Source: an uncultured Actinomycetes bacterium
Lineage (GTDB): Bacteria; Actinomycetota; UBA4738; HRBIN12
Reading direction: 5' to 3'
DNA length: 64,000 bases
NCBI GenBank assembly: GCA_963704725.1
Contig: OY969934.1
Span: 544,001-608,000, forward strand
In this document: in pieces, positions 9,174 through 18,541 of the stretch
Layout of the letters: the number at the start of each line of letters is the position of its first letter
Position numbering within the stretch: the first letter of the stretch is position 1
Program-made: the position numbers and the translations under genes
Notes under the pieces: model-generated
Database searches by the model: none
What the model saw: the letters and a program-made list of their open reading frames with translations, nothing else
Told to the model about the DNA's origin: nothing

Positions 9174-11551
9174 GGGCCGAGTCGCTGCCCCCGCAGGACG
9201 AGCGGCGCTATCTCGACGCGAGCCTTCCGGTCGACGAGCGGGTGCGTGACCTCCTGGACCGGATGACGCCCGAGGAGAAGCTCGCACAGCTCGGCTCGCG
9301 GTGGGTGTTCGAGGTGCTGCACGGGACTGAGTTCGACGCGGCCAAGGCGGCGACGTTGCTCGGCGCCGGCATCGGGCAGATCACGCGCGTGGGCGGCGCC
9401 ACGGACCTCCCGCCGGCGGGCGTGGCCGCGCTCGCCAATCGGATCCAGCGGTTCCTCGTCGAGGAGACGCGGCTCGGCATCCCCGCCATCGTGCACGAGG
9501 AGTGCCTCCACGGCGTCGTCGCGCGTGACGCCGTCTGCTATCCGCAGGCGATCGGCCAGGCGGCCACGTGGGACCCTCCGCTGATCGAGGCCATGGCCGC
9601 GCGGCTCGGCCGGCGGCTGCGCGAGGCGGGCGCCCACCAGGCGCTCGCGCCGGTCCTCGACGTGGCCCGCGATCCGCGGTGGGGACGCATCGAGGAGACG
9701 TTCGGTGAGGACCCCTACCTCGTGGCCGAGCTCGGGACCGCGTACGTCCGGGGTCTCCAGGGCGACGGCCCGATCGGCGAGGATTCGGTGCTCGCCACGG
9801 CCAAGCACATGGTCGGACACGGCGTGCCGGAGGGGGGACTGAACCAAGCCCCCGTGCACCTCGGCCGGCGGGAGCTGCAGGACGTGTACCTGTTCCCGTT
9901 CGAGGCGGCGGTCCGGGCGGAGGGCGTGCGCTCGGTGATGCACGCCTACGACGACGTCGATGGCGTCCCGTGCGCCGCGTCCCGAGAGCTCCTCACCACG
10001 GTCCTGCGGGAGCGGTGGGGCTTCGACGGGTTCGTGGTGGCCGACTACGCCGGGATCCACGAGCTCGTCCGGTCCCATCGCCTCGTCGAGGACCTCGGAT
10101 CCGCGGCGGCGCTGGCGCTCGAGGCGGGGATCGACGTCGAGCTCCCGTCGACCGACGCCTACGGCGCGCCGCTCGTGGAGGCGCTCGAGCGGGGCGAGGT
10201 CGAGCCGGACCTGGTCGACCGGGCGGTCGCCCGGACGCTGCGGGCGAAGTTCGAGCTCGGCCTGTTCGAGTGCCCATACGTCGACCCTCCCGAGAACGGC
10301 GGCCGGTCCGAGGAGGACCGCCGCTTGGCGCGAACGATCGCCCGACGCTCCCTCGTGTTGGTCCAGAACGACGGGACGCTCCCCCTCCGCGACGATCTCG
10401 GCGTCGTCGCCGTGATCGGTCCGAACGCCGACAGCGCCCGCAACCTCCTCGGCGACTACAGCCACGCGGCGCACGTCGAGACCCTCGTCGGGATGCGCGA
10501 CGGGGCGAATCCGTTCGGCTTCCCGATCCCCGCGGATCTGGACCTGGACCCGACCGATGACCTGCGCGGTCGCCCCACGATCCTGTCAGCGATCCGGGAC
10601 CGGGTCTCGGCCGCGACCGAGGTCCGATACGCCCCCGGCTGCACCCTCCGCGAAGGCGGCGACGACCTGATCGACGAGGCCGTGGCCTCGGCGCGCGGCG
10701 CCGACGTGGCCATCCTCGTCGTGGGTGAGCGCTCCGGTCTGACCGACGAGTGCACGTGCGGCGAGGCGCGCGACCGGCTGGACCTGGACCTGCTCGGTCG
10801 GCAGGAGGAGCTCGTTGCCGCCGTGGCGGCCACCGGGACGCCGATCGTGCTCGTCGTGGTCTCGGGCCGGCCCCTGGCCATCGCCCCCGCGGCGGAGCGC
10901 TCCGCCGCGGTGCTCCTCGCCTGGGTCCCGGGGGAGGAGGGACCGTGGGCGGTCGCCGACGTCCTGTTCGGCGACGAAGGGCCGGGTGGCAAGCTGCCGG
11001 TCACGGTGCCGCGCCACGTCGGGCAGGTCCCCATCTACTACGCGCACAAGCCGACGGGCGGCCGGTCGCGCTGGAAGGGGGACTACGTCGACGGATCGCA
11101 CCGGCCGCTGTGGCCGTTCGGCCACGGGCTCTCGTACACGCGCTTCGAGCTCGGGGCGATCGAGCTCGCCCGACCCACGGTCGCGCCCGACGGCGAGGTG
11201 TGCGTCACGATCGAGCTCGCGAACGTCGGCGATCGGGCGGGCGAGGAGGTCGTCCAGCTCTACGTCCGCGACGTCGAGGCGAGCGTGACGCGGCCCGTGA
11301 AGGAGTTGCGCGGGTTCCGCAGGGTCCGGCTGGAGCCCGGCGAGCGCCGCCGCATCACCTTCGGGTTCGCCGTGGAGCAGCTGGCGTTCACGAACCCGGA
11401 GGACGAGGTGGTCGTCGAGCCGGGCCGGGTCGAGATCATGGTCGGAACGTCGTCCGAGGAGCTTCCGCGCTCGGCGGAGGTCGAGATCGTCGGCGAGGTC
11501 ACCCGACTGCCGGAGCGGACGCGGTACGTGACCGACGTCACCGTGGAGTGA
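9170..11551 (+). CDS. GH3 beta-xylosidase/beta-glucosidase with Fn3-like C-terminal domain
   Basis: RLGIPAIVHEECLHG, RDPRWGRIEETFGEDP, ATAKH, WGFDGFVVADY, PFGHGLSYT, EVVQLYVRD. ATGA overlap with the permease. Confidence 0.93.
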   Translation: MRAESLPPQDERRYLDASLPVDERVRDLLDRMTPEEKLAQLGSRWVFEVLHGTEFDAAKAATLLGAGIGQITRVGGATDLPPAGVAALANRIQRFLVEETRLGIPAIVHEECLHGVVARDAVCYPQAIGQAATWDPPLIEAMAARLGRRLREAGAHQALAPVLDVARDPRWGRIEETFGEDPYLVAELGTAYVRGLQGDGPIGEDSVLATAKHMVGHGVPEGGLNQAPVHLGRRELQDVYLFPFEAAVRAEGVRSVMHAYDDVDGVPCAASRELLTTVLRERWGFDGFVVADYAGIHELVRSHRLVEDLGSAAALALEAGIDVELPSTDAYGAPLVEALERGEVEPDLVDRAVARTLRAKFELGLFECPYVDPPENGGRSEEDRRLARTIARRSLVLVQNDGTLPLRDDLGVVAVIGPNADSARNLLGDYSHAAHVETLVGMRDGANPFGFPIPADLDLDPTDDLRGRPTILSAIRDRVSAATEVRYAPGCTLREGGDDLIDEAVASARGADVAILVVGERSGLTDECTCGEARDRLDLDLLGRQEELVAAVAATGTPIVLVVVSGRPLAIAPAAERSAAVLLAWVPGEEGPWAVADVLFGDEGPGGKLPVTVPRHVGQVPIYYAHKPTGGRSRWKGDYVDGSHRPLWPFGHGLSYTRFELGAIELARPTVAPDGEVCVTIELANVGDRAGEEVVQLYVRDVEASVTRPVKELRGFRRVRLEPGERRRITFGFAVEQLAFTNPEDEVVVEPGRVEIMVGTSSEELPRSAEVEIVGEVTRLPERTRYVTDVTVE

Positions 11552-11647
11552 GCTCGACCGAAGCGGCGAGGCCGCCGCGGTCGCGGCGACCTCGCGCCAT
11601 CCCTCTGTGATCCGGGTCCGGACGGACCGGATCGCCTCGTTCCGCGA

Positions 11648-12859
11648 CTACGTCGACACGCGGGTCTTCGAGACGCTGGCCTCGGCCACGGAGCCGGGGG
11701 CGATCGCCGCGGCGGGAGCCGGCCGCTTCGCCTTCAGCCCGAACAGGAACCGGATCGCGTTGGTCCGTCGGACGACGAGCTCGTAGAGCCCGAGCGTCAG
11801 GCCGAACGAGACCGTGAGCAGGGCCGCGTACTTCGGCCACAGGCCGAGGTTCCACCGCACGACGACGTACGCCACGGCGATGATCACGGTCTGGTGAAGC
11901 AGGTAGAAGGGGTACGCGCCCTCGTTGGCGTAGCGGAGCACACGGTTCTCACGGTTCAGGAACGCGTGCCCCGCGCCGAGGACCGCCAGCACGCAGATCC
12001 ATGCGTTGATCTGGTAGAGCATCTCGAACCCCGTGAAGGGCAGCGAGTCCTCCGACCATGTGTCGAGGACGCCGGAGTGCTTCACGAGCAGCACGGTCGC
12101 CATCGTGGTGGCGGCGGCCGCGAGCAGCGGCTTCCACGCGCGGTGGACCCGGCCCTCGGCCCGCACGTCGGCGACGAGCAGGAAGCCGCCCACGAACAGC
12201 GCGAGCGAGTAGAAGGGGTTCTGGGGGCCGTCGTCGGGCGCCGGGAGCGCGTTGGTCAGCGCCAGGATCAGCGGCATCGCGAACAGCAGCCACGTGGCAC
12301 GGACGGGGCGCCGGCGCAGGAACGCGAACAGCGGCAGCGCGACGATCGAGAAGATGAACAGGAACATGATGAACCACAGGTGTGCCGGGGTCCATCCGCC
12401 GTAGTAGCCGGTCAGGTCGCCGGAGAAGTCCCAGTACCTCCCGAGCGAGACGTGGCGCCCGTGGAACCACCCTGCCAGGTAGGTCTGCGGCGGGACGATC
12501 ACCGCGATCCCGAACAGGAACGGGATCAGCAGCCGCTTGAAGCGCTCGCCCGCGTACTGGCCGGTGGAGCGATGGCCGAGCGCGAACCACGTGGCCGCCC
12601 CCGCCAGCACGAACAGCAGCGGCATGTGCCACGGCTCGAGCAACGCGATCACGCTCCAGGACAGGGCCCCGCTCCTCGTGGCGTTCTTCACGTAGAAGGG
12701 GTCCCACAGGTCGAACACCCGCGCCGAGTGGAACGGGATCAGCAGGAGCACGGCGCCGATCCGCAGCCAGTCCAGGTCGTGCCGGCGGACCGACGCGCTC
12801 GACCGGGGCGCGGGTCCGGCCGACGTCCGGGCCTTCGGCATCCTCTCCATGGTCTTCAT
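11648..12859 (-). CDS. Acyltransferase family 3 membrane protein (OpgC-like)
   Basis: RRHDLDWLR, WHMPLLFVLAG, ERFKRLLIP, HLWFI, AYPFYLLHQ. Confidence 0.88.
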   Translation of the reverse strand: MKTMERMPKARTSAGPAPRSSASVRRHDLDWLRIGAVLLLIPFHSARVFDLWDPFYVKNATRSGALSWSVIALLEPWHMPLLFVLAGAATWFALGHRSTGQYAGERFKRLLIPFLFGIAVIVPPQTYLAGWFHGRHVSLGRYWDFSGDLTGYYGGWTPAHLWFIMFLFIFSIVALPLFAFLRRRPVRATWLLFAMPLILALTNALPAPDDGPQNPFYSLALFVGGFLLVADVRAEGRVHRAWKPLLAAAATTMATVLLVKHSGVLDTWSEDSLPFTGFEMLYQINAWICVLAVLGAGHAFLNRENRVLRYANEGAYPFYLLHQTVIIAVAYVVVRWNLGLWPKYAALLTVSFGLTLGLYELVVRRTNAIRFLFGLKAKRPAPAAAIAPGSVAEASVSKTRVST

Positions 12860-12941
12860 CCTCTCTGCCTCCCTCGTCACGACTGGCTCGATCGTGGCGG
12901 TTGGGCAGTCGGGTGTCGTCGGAGCCAGGGTCGATTCAGCC

Positions 12942-12957
12942 TCAACCCCCGGGTTGA
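12942..12957. promoter_or_regulatory. 7-2-7 inverted repeat TCAACCC-CC-GGGTTGA, candidate NarL/LuxR response-regulator site
   Basis: Perfect palindrome between the acyltransferase and the divergent HK-RR pair. Confidence 0.5.
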
Positions 12958-12992
12958 TGTCTGCCTCCGAGCGGCTCCCTACAGTGGGGACC

Positions 12993-14207
12993 ATGGACAC
13001 GCGCGGACCGCTCATGCGGCGCCTCGGCGCCCTGAACCCGCTGGTGGTCGACGTGGGACTCGCGCTCGGCCTGGCGGCGGTGACGCTGATCGAGCTGCTC
13101 ACCGCCCGCGACTGCGGCTGCTTCACCGCGGCGGAAGGCTGGTGGACCGCCGCCTTCATGCTCGCCGAGACGCTCCCGCTCGCGCTTCGGCGCCGCTATC
13201 CGTTCGCCGTGATGCAGGTCGTGGGGTACTCGGCCATCGTCTACGCTCTGCTGCAGATCCCGCCGGACCCATACACGGCGGTGTTCCCGAAGCTGCTCGC
13301 CGTCTACACCGTTTCGGCCTACGCGCGCCGGGAGTTCGCTATCGTCGCCGCCATCATCGTGGTGGTGGCGCTCGTCGTGCTCAACCTGCCGGCGATCGGG
13401 GGGAGCCCGGAATTCGGTGACGTCGTGAACCAGTTCGTCCTGCTGGGCGGGGCCTGGGTCGTGGGCGAGAACACGCGGTACCGGCGGAGGCAGGCGGAGC
13501 TCCTTCGCGAGCGGGCCGAGCACGCCGAGCGCGAACAGCGGGAGCGGGAGCACGTCGCGGCGCTCGAGGAGCGCGGCCGGCTGGCGCGTGAGATCCACGA
13601 CGTGATCGCGCACAGCGTGAGCGTCATCGCCGTGCAGGCGGGAGCGGCCCGGGCCATCGCCGAGCAGCGGCCGGACCGGGCCCGCGAGGCCCTCGGCGAC
13701 ATCGAGACCGTCAGCAAGCAGACGCTCGCCGAGCTCCGCCGGACGCTCGGCGCCCTTCGCGCACCGGCCGACGTGGGCACGTTGGATCCGGCGCCGGGGC
13801 TCGAGCGGCTCGACGAGCTCGTCGAGCAGGTGCGGCAGGCCGGGGTCTCGGTCGAGGTCGATCGCGACGGCGAGCCCAGAGCGCTTCCGTCGGGCGTCGA
13901 CCTGTCCGCCTATCGCATCGTCCAGGAGTCGCTGACGAACGCGGTGAAGCATGCCGGACCCACGACGGCCCGGGTGCGCCTGCGGTACGAGCCCGCCTGG
14001 CTCGAGGTGGTCGTCGACGACGACGGACCGGCGCCCGGGCGCGCTCCGGGGCCGAACGGCGACGAGCCGCCGGGCGGCGGCCACGGGCTGCTCGGGATGC
14101 GCGAACGGGTGTCGATGCTGGGCGGGACGTTCGAGGCGGGGCCGCGCGGGAGCGGGTTCGCGGTCCGGGCGCGGTTCCCGCTCGGGGAGCCGGGGCCGTC
14201 GTCGTGA
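12993..14207 (+). CDS. Sensor histidine kinase (HisKA_3)
   Basis: TM N-terminus, ERGRLAREIHDVIAHSVSVI, YRIVQESLTNAVKHA, GHGLLGMRER. Confidence 0.92.
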   Translation: MDTRGPLMRRLGALNPLVVDVGLALGLAAVTLIELLTARDCGCFTAAEGWWTAAFMLAETLPLALRRRYPFAVMQVVGYSAIVYALLQIPPDPYTAVFPKLLAVYTVSAYARREFAIVAAIIVVVALVVLNLPAIGGSPEFGDVVNQFVLLGGAWVVGENTRYRRRQAELLRERAEHAEREQREREHVAALEERGRLAREIHDVIAHSVSVIAVQAGAARAIAEQRPDRAREALGDIETVSKQTLAELRRTLGALRAPADVGTLDPAPGLERLDELVEQVRQAGVSVEVDRDGEPRALPSGVDLSAYRIVQESLTNAVKHAGPTTARVRLRYEPAWLEVVVDDDGPAPGRAPGPNGDEPPGGGHGLLGMRERVSMLGGTFEAGPRGSGFAVRARFPLGEPGPSS

Positions 14208-14884
14208 GCATCCGCGTGGTGCTCGTCGACGACCAGGCCCTCGTGCGCTCGGGGTTCCGGATGATCGTCGAGGCGCAGGAGGACATGGAGGTCGTCGGCG
14301 AGGCCGCCGACGGGCGCGAGGCCGTCGAGGAGGCGATGCGCACCCGCCCGGACGTCGTCCTCATGGACGTGCGCATGCCGCACGTCGACGGGATCGAGGC
14401 GACGCGCGCCGTCACGGATCCGTCCAGCGGGCTCGAGTCCAAGGTGTTGATCCTCACGACGTACGACCTGGACGAGTACGTCTTCCGCGGCCTGCGCGCC
14501 GGCGCGAGCGGCTTCCTGCTCAAGGACGTGGCCCCCGAGGAGCTCGTGCGCGCGATCCGCCTGGTGGCCGAGGGTGACTCGCTGCTGTCGCCCTCGATCA
14601 CGCGCCGGCTGATCGAGCAGTTCGTTCGCATGCCCGAGGTTCCGTCGACGACGCCCCCCGAGCTCGACGCCCTCACCGAGCGGGAGCGCGAGGTCCTCAC
14701 GCTGATCGGCCACGGGCTCGGCAACGCGGAGATCGCCCAGCGTCTGTACCTGAGCATGGCCACCGTGAAGACCCACGTGAACCGGGTGTTCGCCAAGCTC
14801 GGGCTCCGCGACCGGGCCCAGGCCGTCGTGCTGGCCTACGAGACCGGCGTCGTCCGCCCCGGGGATCGCGAACCGAACGCCTGA
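14204..14884 (+). CDS. NarL/LuxR-family response regulator
   Basis: LVDDQ, PDVVLMDVRMP, LTEREREVL, TVKTHV. GTGA overlap with the kinase. Confidence 0.95.
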   Translation: MSIRVVLVDDQALVRSGFRMIVEAQEDMEVVGEAADGREAVEEAMRTRPDVVLMDVRMPHVDGIEATRAVTDPSSGLESKVLILTTYDLDEYVFRGLRAGASGFLLKDVAPEELVRAIRLVAEGDSLLSPSITRRLIEQFVRMPEVPSTTPPELDALTEREREVLTLIGHGLGNAEIAQRLYLSMATVKTHVNRVFAKLGLRDRAQAVVLAYETGVVRPGDREPNA

Positions 14885-14890
14885 GTCCGA

Positions 14891-15922
14891 TCAGCCGCCG
14901 ACGCGGCTGCGGTAGGCCTCGGTGTCGTAGACCTCCTGATTCACCGGGTCGTGCGCCCGCTCGCCTCGGAGGAACGCCACGGCGTTCTCCGCGGCCATCG
15001 ACGCCATCTTGCCGCGGGTGTCGACCGAGGCGCTCGCGATGTGGGGAACGAGCACGACGTTCTCGATCTCGGCGAGCCCGGGCTCCATGCTCGGCTCCCG
15101 CTCGTAGACGTCGAGTCCCGCCCCCGCGATCCATCCCTCGCGGAGCGCTCGGACCAACGCGGCCTCGTCCACGACGGGGCCTCGGGCAGCGTTGATGAGG
15201 AACGCGCTGGGCTTCATCGTTCGCAGCCGTTCCTCGTCGAGCAGGTGTCGGGTCTCCGGCGTGAGGAGGGCGTGGATCGTGACGAAGTCGCTCTGCGCGA
15301 GCAGGTCGTCGAGGTCCGCCCACTCGGCGTGAGGCGACGCGTCGATCGCCTCGCGCGCGTACGGATCGAAGGCGAGGATCCGCATGTCGAACCCGGTGGC
15401 CCGCTTGGCGACGGCGGCGCCGATCCGACCGTAGCCGATGATGCCGAGGGTCTTGGCCTCCCCGCTCGCGCCCCGGCCGATGTCCGCCCCGAGGAACAGG
15501 TTGGGGCCCCAGATCTTGTACCGGCCTCCGACCATGTAGTTGTGGGCCTGGGGGATCCGGCGGGCCACCGCCATGACGAGCGCCCACGTGAGGTCGGCCG
15601 TGGTCTCGGTCAGCACGCCCGGGGTGTTCGAGACGGGGATGCCGAGCTCGGTGGCCGTGGCCACGTCGATGTTGTCGAACCCCACCGCCATCTGCGCCAC
15701 GCCGAGCAGCCCGGGGTTGGCCTCGAGCACCTCACGGTCGATCGGCTCGGTGAGCAGCGGCAGGAGCACGTCGCAGCTCCGCACGCCGTCGAGCAGCGTG
15801 GCACGGTCGACGCCGGCGTCCTCGACCTCCTGGCTGACGACGAAGCTCACGTCCGCGTCCCGCAGGACCTGCAGGCCGGGCTGGGGGATCTTGCGCGTGA
15901 CGAAGACCTGGACGTCGCTCAT
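14891..15922 (-). CDS. D-glycerate dehydrogenase / glyoxylate-hydroxypyruvate reductase (2-hydroxyacid dehydrogenase)
   Basis: AVGFDNID, NTPGVLTETTADL, GIIGYGRIG, INAARGPVVDE, AGLDVYEREP, PHIASAS. Start at ATG 15922. Confidence 0.9.
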   Translation of the reverse strand: MSDVQVFVTRKIPQPGLQVLRDADVSFVVSQEVEDAGVDRATLLDGVRSCDVLLPLLTEPIDREVLEANPGLLGVAQMAVGFDNIDVATATELGIPVSNTPGVLTETTADLTWALVMAVARRIPQAHNYMVGGRYKIWGPNLFLGADIGRGASGEAKTLGIIGYGRIGAAVAKRATGFDMRILAFDPYAREAIDASPHAEWADLDDLLAQSDFVTIHALLTPETRHLLDEERLRTMKPSAFLINAARGPVVDEAALVRALREGWIAGAGLDVYEREPSMEPGLAEIENVVLVPHIASASVDTRGKMASMAAENAVAFLRGERAHDPVNQEVYDTEAYRSRVGG

Positions 15923-17238
15923 CGGGCGGCTCCCGCCGGCGCGGACCACAGGCGCTCCTCGTCGAGGAACGCGCGGAAGCCGTCGGGGTCGTTCGCGGCC
16001 TTGGCGATCCGGCCCACGCCCTCGTGGAGCCGGTCGAGGCTCGCCGCGATCGAGAGCCGCAGGAAGTGCAGGCCCTCGGCCCCGACGGAGCCGAACGAGT
16101 TGCGGTCCATCGTCGCCACGCCGTACCGATACAGCAGGAACATCTGCAGCATCGCCGAGGGACAGGTCCGTCTGCGCTCCGCCTCCGGCAGCGCGTTCCA
16201 GGCCTCCACCACGCCGAGCCGTTCGCAGATCCCGCCGACGTTGGGGAAGACGTAGAACGCGCCCTTCGGCATCTGGCACGTCACGCCGTCGATCTCGTTG
16301 AGGGCCGGCACGACCCAGTCGCGGCGCTCCTCGAACGCCCGGACCATCTCGCCGGTGGTCACGGCGGTCTCGGGGCTCTCGTACGCGACGCGGCCGGCCT
16401 CCTGGATGAACGGGGGGACGCAGGACACGATGTTGATGTTGAGCTGCTTGAAGATCGCGGCCTCCTCCGGGGTGGGGAGCACGGCCCAGCCCAGGCGCCA
16501 CCCGGTCATGGCGAACCCCTTGGAGTGGCCGCTCACGAGCACGGTGCGCTCGGCCATCCCCTCCTGGCCGACGATCGAGTGGTGCCGCTCCCCGTCGAAC
16601 AGGATGTGCTCGTACACCTCGTCGCTGTAGACGCGGACGTCGGGTCCACAGCGTTCCCGGACGACCCGCGCGATGCCCTCGAGGTCGCTCCGGGACAGGA
16701 CCCCGCCCGTCGGGTTGGAGGGCGAGTTGAGGATGATGACCTTCGTGCGCTCCGTGATGAGCGCGGCCAGCTCGTCCGGCGTGAACGCGAACCCGCGGTC
16801 CTCGGACAGGTGCAGGGGGCGCGGCACGGCGCCGGCGTAGGTCACCCACGACTCGTAGATCGGGAACCCCGGGCTCGGGTAGATCACCTCGTCGCCGGGA
16901 TCGACGTACGTCTGCATCGTGTAGCCGATCGGCGGTTTGGCCCCCGGCGTCACGACGACGCGATCGGGGCCGACCTCGACGCCGCGGGTCTGGGTGACGT
17001 GGCGCGCTACCGCCTCCCGCAGCGCCGGGATGCCCTGTGGGTCGGTGTAGTGGGAGTTGCCCGCGCGGATCTGCGCGATGGCGGCCTCGTTGATGTGGGG
17101 TGCGGAGTTGAAGTCGGGCTCGCCGAGGTTCAGCTTGACGACGTCGACCCCTCGTTCGAGCACGCGCTGGATGTCGACGCCCAGCTTGAACGCGTTCTCG
17201 GTGCCGAGCGTCTCGATCCTCTTCGCCAGCAGCGACAT
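15919..17238 (-). CDS. PLP-dependent aminotransferase class I/II
   Basis: LGEPDF, NSPSNPTG, SDEVYEHI, SKGFAMTGWRLG, PKGAFYVFP. Confidence 0.92.
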   Translation of the reverse strand: MSLLAKRIETLGTENAFKLGVDIQRVLERGVDVVKLNLGEPDFNSAPHINEAAIAQIRAGNSHYTDPQGIPALREAVARHVTQTRGVEVGPDRVVVTPGAKPPIGYTMQTYVDPGDEVIYPSPGFPIYESWVTYAGAVPRPLHLSEDRGFAFTPDELAALITERTKVIILNSPSNPTGGVLSRSDLEGIARVVRERCGPDVRVYSDEVYEHILFDGERHHSIVGQEGMAERTVLVSGHSKGFAMTGWRLGWAVLPTPEEAAIFKQLNINIVSCVPPFIQEAGRVAYESPETAVTTGEMVRAFEERRDWVVPALNEIDGVTCQMPKGAFYVFPNVGGICERLGVVEAWNALPEAERRRTCPSAMLQMFLLYRYGVATMDRNSFGSVGAEGLHFLRLSIAASLDRLHEGVGRIAKAANDPDGFRAFLDEERLWSAPAGAAR

Positions 17239-17315
17239 GGAGTCACCTCTCTCGACGTGGATGCGTCCAAGGGTAGTCCCGGCCGACGCCCGTCACCGAA
17301 GGACGTTCGGCCTGC

Positions 17316-18440
17316 TCACACGACCCCGTTCGGCCGTCCCCACTCGGCCGCGAGCATGCTCGCGAGCTCCTCGAGGCCCCGCCCGGCGTCCCCCATGGCG
17401 CGCCGCTCGCCGAACCGCTCGACGAGCGACTCGACCCGAACGCCGTCCGGCCGGACCTCGGCCCGGCCGCACAGGATGACCGCGGGCGTCCCGGCCGCCC
17501 GGGCCGCTCGCACGACACCGTCCGGGACCTTCCCGTGGAGCGACTGCTCGTCGAGCCGGCCCTCGCCCGTGACGACGAGGTCGGCGCGCGCGAGCCGGTC
17601 GGCGAACCCCACCGCCTCCATGACGACCTCGACCCCCGGCCGGAGCTCGGCGCCGAGGAACGCCACCAGGCCGGCGCCCAGCCCACCGGCGGCCCCGGCG
17701 CCGGGCATCTCGCGCACGTCGAGGCCGAGGTCGCTGCGGATCACGTCGGCCAGATGTCCCAGCGCCCGGTCGAGCATCGCCACGTCCTCGGGGGTCGCCC
17801 CCTTCTGCGGGCCGTAGACGGCGGAGGCCCCCTGCGGTCCGGTGAGGGGGTTGTCGACGTCGCACGCCACGAGGAACGTGGCTCGGCGCGCGTTCCCGTC
17901 GAGCGCCGACGCGTCGATCGCGGCCAGGCGGAGCAGGGCGGCCCCCCCGGGCTCGAGCTCGCGCCCGGAGCCGTCGAGGAGGCGGATCCCCAACGCCTGG
18001 GCCATCCCGGCGCCCCCGTCGTTCGTCGCGCTCCCGCCGATGCAGACCAGGACCTCGCCGGCCTCCCGGCACGCCACCCGGAGCAGCTCGCCGGTGCCGC
18101 GGGTCGTCGCGCGCGCGACGTCGCGGCGGTGACCCTGCAGGAGCCTGAGGCCGGAGGCGCGGCTCATCTCCACGACGGCGAGGGGCCCGCGAGCGCGCTC
18201 GATGAGCCCCCACTCGGCGTCCGCCGGGTCGCCGAGGGGGCCGGTGACGGGCACGGTCTTTCGCTCGCCGCCGTACGCGTCGACCAGGACGTCGAGGGTC
18301 CCCTCCCCGCCGTCGGCGAGCGGGACCTCCTCGATCTCGTCGCCCGGTCTCGCCCGCCGCCAGCCGCTCGCGACGGCGCTCGCCGCCTCCGCGGCGGTGA
18401 GGGTGCCCCGGAACTTGTCGGGCGCGACGAGGAGCCTCAT
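17316..18440 (-). CDS. Glycerate kinase (GlxK/GarK family)
   Basis: APDKFRGTL, PLADGGEGT, GGSATNDGGAG, YGPQKGA, GAGAAGGLG, TGEGRLDEQS. Confidence 0.93.
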   Translation of the reverse strand: MRLLVAPDKFRGTLTAAEAASAVASGWRRARPGDEIEEVPLADGGEGTLDVLVDAYGGERKTVPVTGPLGDPADAEWGLIERARGPLAVVEMSRASGLRLLQGHRRDVARATTRGTGELLRVACREAGEVLVCIGGSATNDGGAGMAQALGIRLLDGSGRELEPGGAALLRLAAIDASALDGNARRATFLVACDVDNPLTGPQGASAVYGPQKGATPEDVAMLDRALGHLADVIRSDLGLDVREMPGAGAAGGLGAGLVAFLGAELRPGVEVVMEAVGFADRLARADLVVTGEGRLDEQSLHGKVPDGVVRAARAAGTPAVILCGRAEVRPDGVRVESLVERFGERRAMGDAGRGLEELASMLAAEWGRPNGVV

Positions 18441-18541
18441 GCCGACGCCACGGTACTCCGCGCCGGGAGGGTGCCTGCCCCCGGTGGGTCGGGATCCCGG
18501 CCGGGCCTTCACCGGGGTCGGTTCGTGCCGACGGTCCTTGC

